Of a DNA stretch of 64,000 nucleotides, positions 60,525 through 64,000 are shown piece after piece. The translations under genes and the position numbers were made by a program. Source of the DNA: Gekko japonicus (lineage: Eukaryota); assembly GCF_001447785.1 (NCBI RefSeq), contig NW_015174352.1, forward strand, positions 62,001 to 126,000. Reading direction: 5' to 3'. The notes beneath the pieces were generated by a model. That model ran no database searches. It saw nothing but the letters and a program-made list of their open reading frames with translations, and had not been told where the DNA came from. Position 1 is the stretch's first letter. Each line of letters begins with the position of its first letter.

Positions 60525-62599
60525 TATTTCTGCTGGTTTCAATGAGCGGTACACCTGCCATCTGGACTTCAGAGGGCGACAGGCCTGGCTTCTAGGACTG
60601 GAGGTCAGGTCTACAGCCCATTAAAAGCTGTGGAAGTAGAGCTGGTCAGTGCTCCCAGACCTGAAATAATTTCCTAAAATAGATTTTCTAGATGGTACCA
60701 GTACTCACAATATTTCAGGAAAATGATAATCTTGCCCTTTCTGAAATAATGAAACAAAGTTAAAATTCAGTTTTTGAAGCACGCACCTATGTGAGCGCAT
60801 CTCATTTTACTATCCTTGCTCCCGTTGCCTACAGAAATGATTGTATGAGCCCTTAGTTCCATTTCCCTCAAACTATGGGGATGACTGTCAAGAGTATGAA
60901 AGGAAACCAGAAGTGGCAGGGTGACATTCCAGAGATGCAGAGAATCTTGTGTCAGGTAGAGAGAGCCTTTCTCACTGCACCTGTTACTTTCCTCTAAGGA
61001 TGGCCTTTGGCTTTACTCTGATGCTTGCCTGTGGGAATAATATCCTATCTAGAGCTCCTTGCATACAACAGTGAGCTGTGCACATAACTGCACATGAAGA
61101 GCTCAATGCATAAAAACCATGGTAGTATTAAGGCGGATGGAGGGTGGGCAACTCAATAGTGTTTCTATGAAAAAGAAGTATTTAAAAGTTTGAGCAAAAG
61201 TGCCCTAGTTGTGAGTCTGTGTGGGCATGTTTCAAGCCTTCAGTCCATGTTTTTGATATGTAAATAAGTTAAGCTTGAGTCATTTGCATCTCCTCAATAG
61301 GTCTTCAGTCGGAGACAAACAATGCTGAAAGAAGGAAATTTTTCTGCCCCATACCAGGTGAATTCAAATTCTGCTTACCCAGGAATCTCTGTGAATGGCA
61401 CAGATTTCAATTTATTTAACAGCACTAAATAGCCTGGGTAACTGATAGTGTTCTTACTGCAAATCATTATTCTATCAAAAAGATCCATGCATAGAACAGC
61501 AACCTCGCCAATCCTGCATTAGACCAAAATAAACTCCCAAATGCTGCTTCCGGGGGCGGGGGTGGAGTACCCCCAAAAGCAGTATGGTTGGGGGTTGGAG
61601 GGCTGTCATGGAGGATGGAAATGGCAAAAATTGCCCCCCAACCCACAGATTTACTTTCTGTATTAGAACCAAGGGCAGGGTATGGAATGTCTACACACAT
61701 CTGTATCCTGGAACACATTCAAGCGCAAGGCATCCACTTCAGCCTCCCTCTGTGATGCAGATCAAGGCATGTGTCTACATTCAGTGATAACAGGAATGCA
61801 CATCTCTACTGCATTTGTGTTGTTGTTCCCAGCTGTATCTGAATTGGGGATGTCTAGCTCTTATGTCATGAATTTGCCCCCAGTTAGCAGAAAAATAGGC
61901 TCGACAAGAAGACTGACACAGTGTTTAGAACCCAAGTGGTGCAAAGCAAATATGAACTTCATTTCAAAAGTAGCAAATGCCATCAGGAGTCTTTTGGCAC
62001 CATGAACACTTAACACAATTTTATTCCACCATAAGCTTTTATCAGCCCACTTCTTCAGGCTGTGACTGAATTGTCTCTCTGCATACATTTTACATAGGCT
62101 TGAAAGAAAACAACCAGCCAGGACACAGAATCATAAAATGCAGGGACGCCTGGCCCCATCACTTTTGATCGTCAGGAGGCAGCTGAGGACATTTTTTATA
62201 TAGGACTGTATTTGACTAATTTAGTTTGCATTTAGTGGCAGTCCTAATTGAGATTGTAAACTGACACTTTTATGTGTTTGATAACTGAGGTTTTATTTGT
62301 ATTGTAAGCCACCTTGAGTGCCACAAGGTAGAAAGGTGACTAATGAAGGATGTAAATAAGTACAAAGTAAAATGTGATTATGTAAAATTGCGATCTAATC
62401 AGGATGAAACACAGAGGTAATCTACTGGCTATGGTAAGCTAGTTGACATCTGTAAGGATCACAGGTTTCATTAAATAGTCATTGTTATAGTGAGATAAGA
62501 CTCCTAAGTCCCCTTGGGGGAGGGGTGTAGTGTTAAACTTTGGAATAAAGTCCAGTTCAACCGTTTCACATTGGAGACTCCCTTTGAAGTTCTTTTGTT

Positions 62600-62718
62600 A
62601 AATTTTATTTTAAATTTTTATAGGAATACAGACTAAAGAAAGGAGGTAAGGGGAAAAGAGGAAAATAAAATTATAAGAACACAATACAGAGGGCAATTTT
62701 TACAAATATTAAGGACAA
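62600..62718 (-). mobile_element. Very short L1-type 3' tail insertion
   Basis: 15-bp TSD TGAAGTTCTTTTGTT at 62585-62599 and 62719-62733 flanking an A-rich tail. Confidence 0.7.
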
Positions 62719-63298
62719 TGAAGTTCTTTTGTTGAAGAGCTGTGATTTTCAGGTCAAACAAATGAACTGGATTTTTCCAGCTCTTCCACTGGCTTAAAGG
62801 AGGAGGGGGACAGTTTTGACCTCCAAAAAAGGTGTGCTGGGTGTATGGGAGTCACATAGACAAAGGTTACCTGGGGTGGGGAACAGCTGTGAGGAAAGGA
62901 ATTGTGCAACAGCAAGCAGGAAAGCTGGACAGGATCCTTCCCATAAAACAAAATAGACTACTATGCCTAACCCTCTGGAATTATTTTGAAAAATAAGATC
63001 CAGTGAATCTCAAGTAACACTTTAAAACAAGAGACTGAGACCCACTACACTATCTTAGAAAGGATTTAAGAGATTGTGGATGAGAGGAATACCGTGGGAA
63101 AGGTTACAGGAAGAAAGAACAAATGTGGGTGCTGGAAAGTGTTTGGATATATGGCAGTTCAGGAACATCTCTGCGGTAAAATTGCACTGAAATGATGACT
63201 GGGCATCATGCTAATTTGCTGCCATTTATTTGGACACTGCTTCCTGGAAGTAAGTGCCTGTTGTTCTCTCACATTGTCTCTCCTGCCTTTGTCTTCAG

Positions 63299-63580
63299 TG
63301 AAGAAGTATGGATTGAGGACTGGGGCTGGCAAGCTGTTGGCTTCTGATGGCTCACTGGTGCCGGACGTCACCCCACAAACTCTGTATTCCCTGGAACTGA
63401 ACAATGGCTTAGTGGCCCTGAGGGATGAAGAAGGGAAATACTTGACTGCACGCGAGGGTGTTATGAAAACAGCAAAGATGGACAAGCCTGGACGAGATGA
63501 ACTCTTCAGCATAGAAGCCAGCCCTGCCCAGGTTTCAATGCGCTCCTCTTCTACTAACAAGTTCATCTGCTGTAGGCCAG
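63299..63580 (+). CDS. Fascin-family protein, exon 3 (gene continues beyond the right edge)
   Basis: CAG acceptor; KKYGLRT..DGSLV..YSLELNNGLVALRDEEGKYLT..KPGRDELFSIEASPAQV..ICCRP(G) aligns to FSCN1 ..[43 protein letters not shown]; donor CAG|GTGAGA, phase 1. Confidence 0.95.
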
Positions 63581-64000
63581 GTGAGATTTTTAAAAATCAG
63601 TATTTTCTGTGTTGTGTTTGTGAAGACTTGGAGCATGCATCAGCTGAGCTGGTATGTAACACGGTGAGCTTGGAAGTTAAAACAGTCCCGAGCAGACCAA
63701 GCTGAGTGGTCCAGGGACTTCTGGTTGAATTTATATCTGCAGGATCTTTAACGGAATGCCCTGTTTACTAAGTTGCTAGACTACATTTTTCCCAGGTGTG
63801 CCGTCAAAAGGGGAGGGGGTTTCCTTACATTCACATACAAGTTACAGTTAGGTCAAGTAATAATGTTGTGTATATATAACATTTTTAAGGGGGGTTGTCT
63901 TCCCTTTGAGTACATATACCATATGTCTCTTTCATTTTTGTATCATAGTTGGTATGGTGATAAAGTGTGAAATAGCAGAAAACCCCTTAAAAAAACAACC

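Noticed and set aside
56844-63580. Assigning the symbol FSCN1, FSCN2 or FSCN3
   Set aside because: Synteny, intron positions and divergence do not fit any of them as I recall; left unnamed pending phylogeny.

Overview
Vertebrate genomic DNA, very likely a squamate and probably a gecko (Squam3-type SINEs, Sauria SINEs, BovB, L2, CR1, Helitrons). Four spliced protein-coding genes were reconstructed exon by exon with phase-consistent GT-AG junctions. (1) The first three coding exons of SAXO4/PPP1R32 on the - strand, running off the left edge. (2) A complete SDHAF2 (- strand, 4 exons, 148 aa) that ends at an apparently premature TAA. (3) A complete CPSF7 (+ strand, 8 coding exons plus a 3'UTR exon), head-to-head with SDHAF2 on a CpG island. 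(4) The first three exons of a divergent fascin-family gene (+ strand, running off the right edge), directly downstream of CPSF7 where human has no fascin. This fascin has two introns inside the region that FSCN1/2 encode as one exon, lacks both regulatory serines (S39 and S274 equivalents), and has an RFX X-box promoter. It is the best candidate for something new: a possible fourth vertebrate fascin. Other notable items are two TSD-bounded ORF1-only 'half-L1' elements, three non-autonomous Helitrons (two share termini but carry different cargo), loss of the canonical CPSF7 start codon, and a candidate CPSF7 poison exon. Comparisons to human proteins and exon structures are from memory and need database confirmation.
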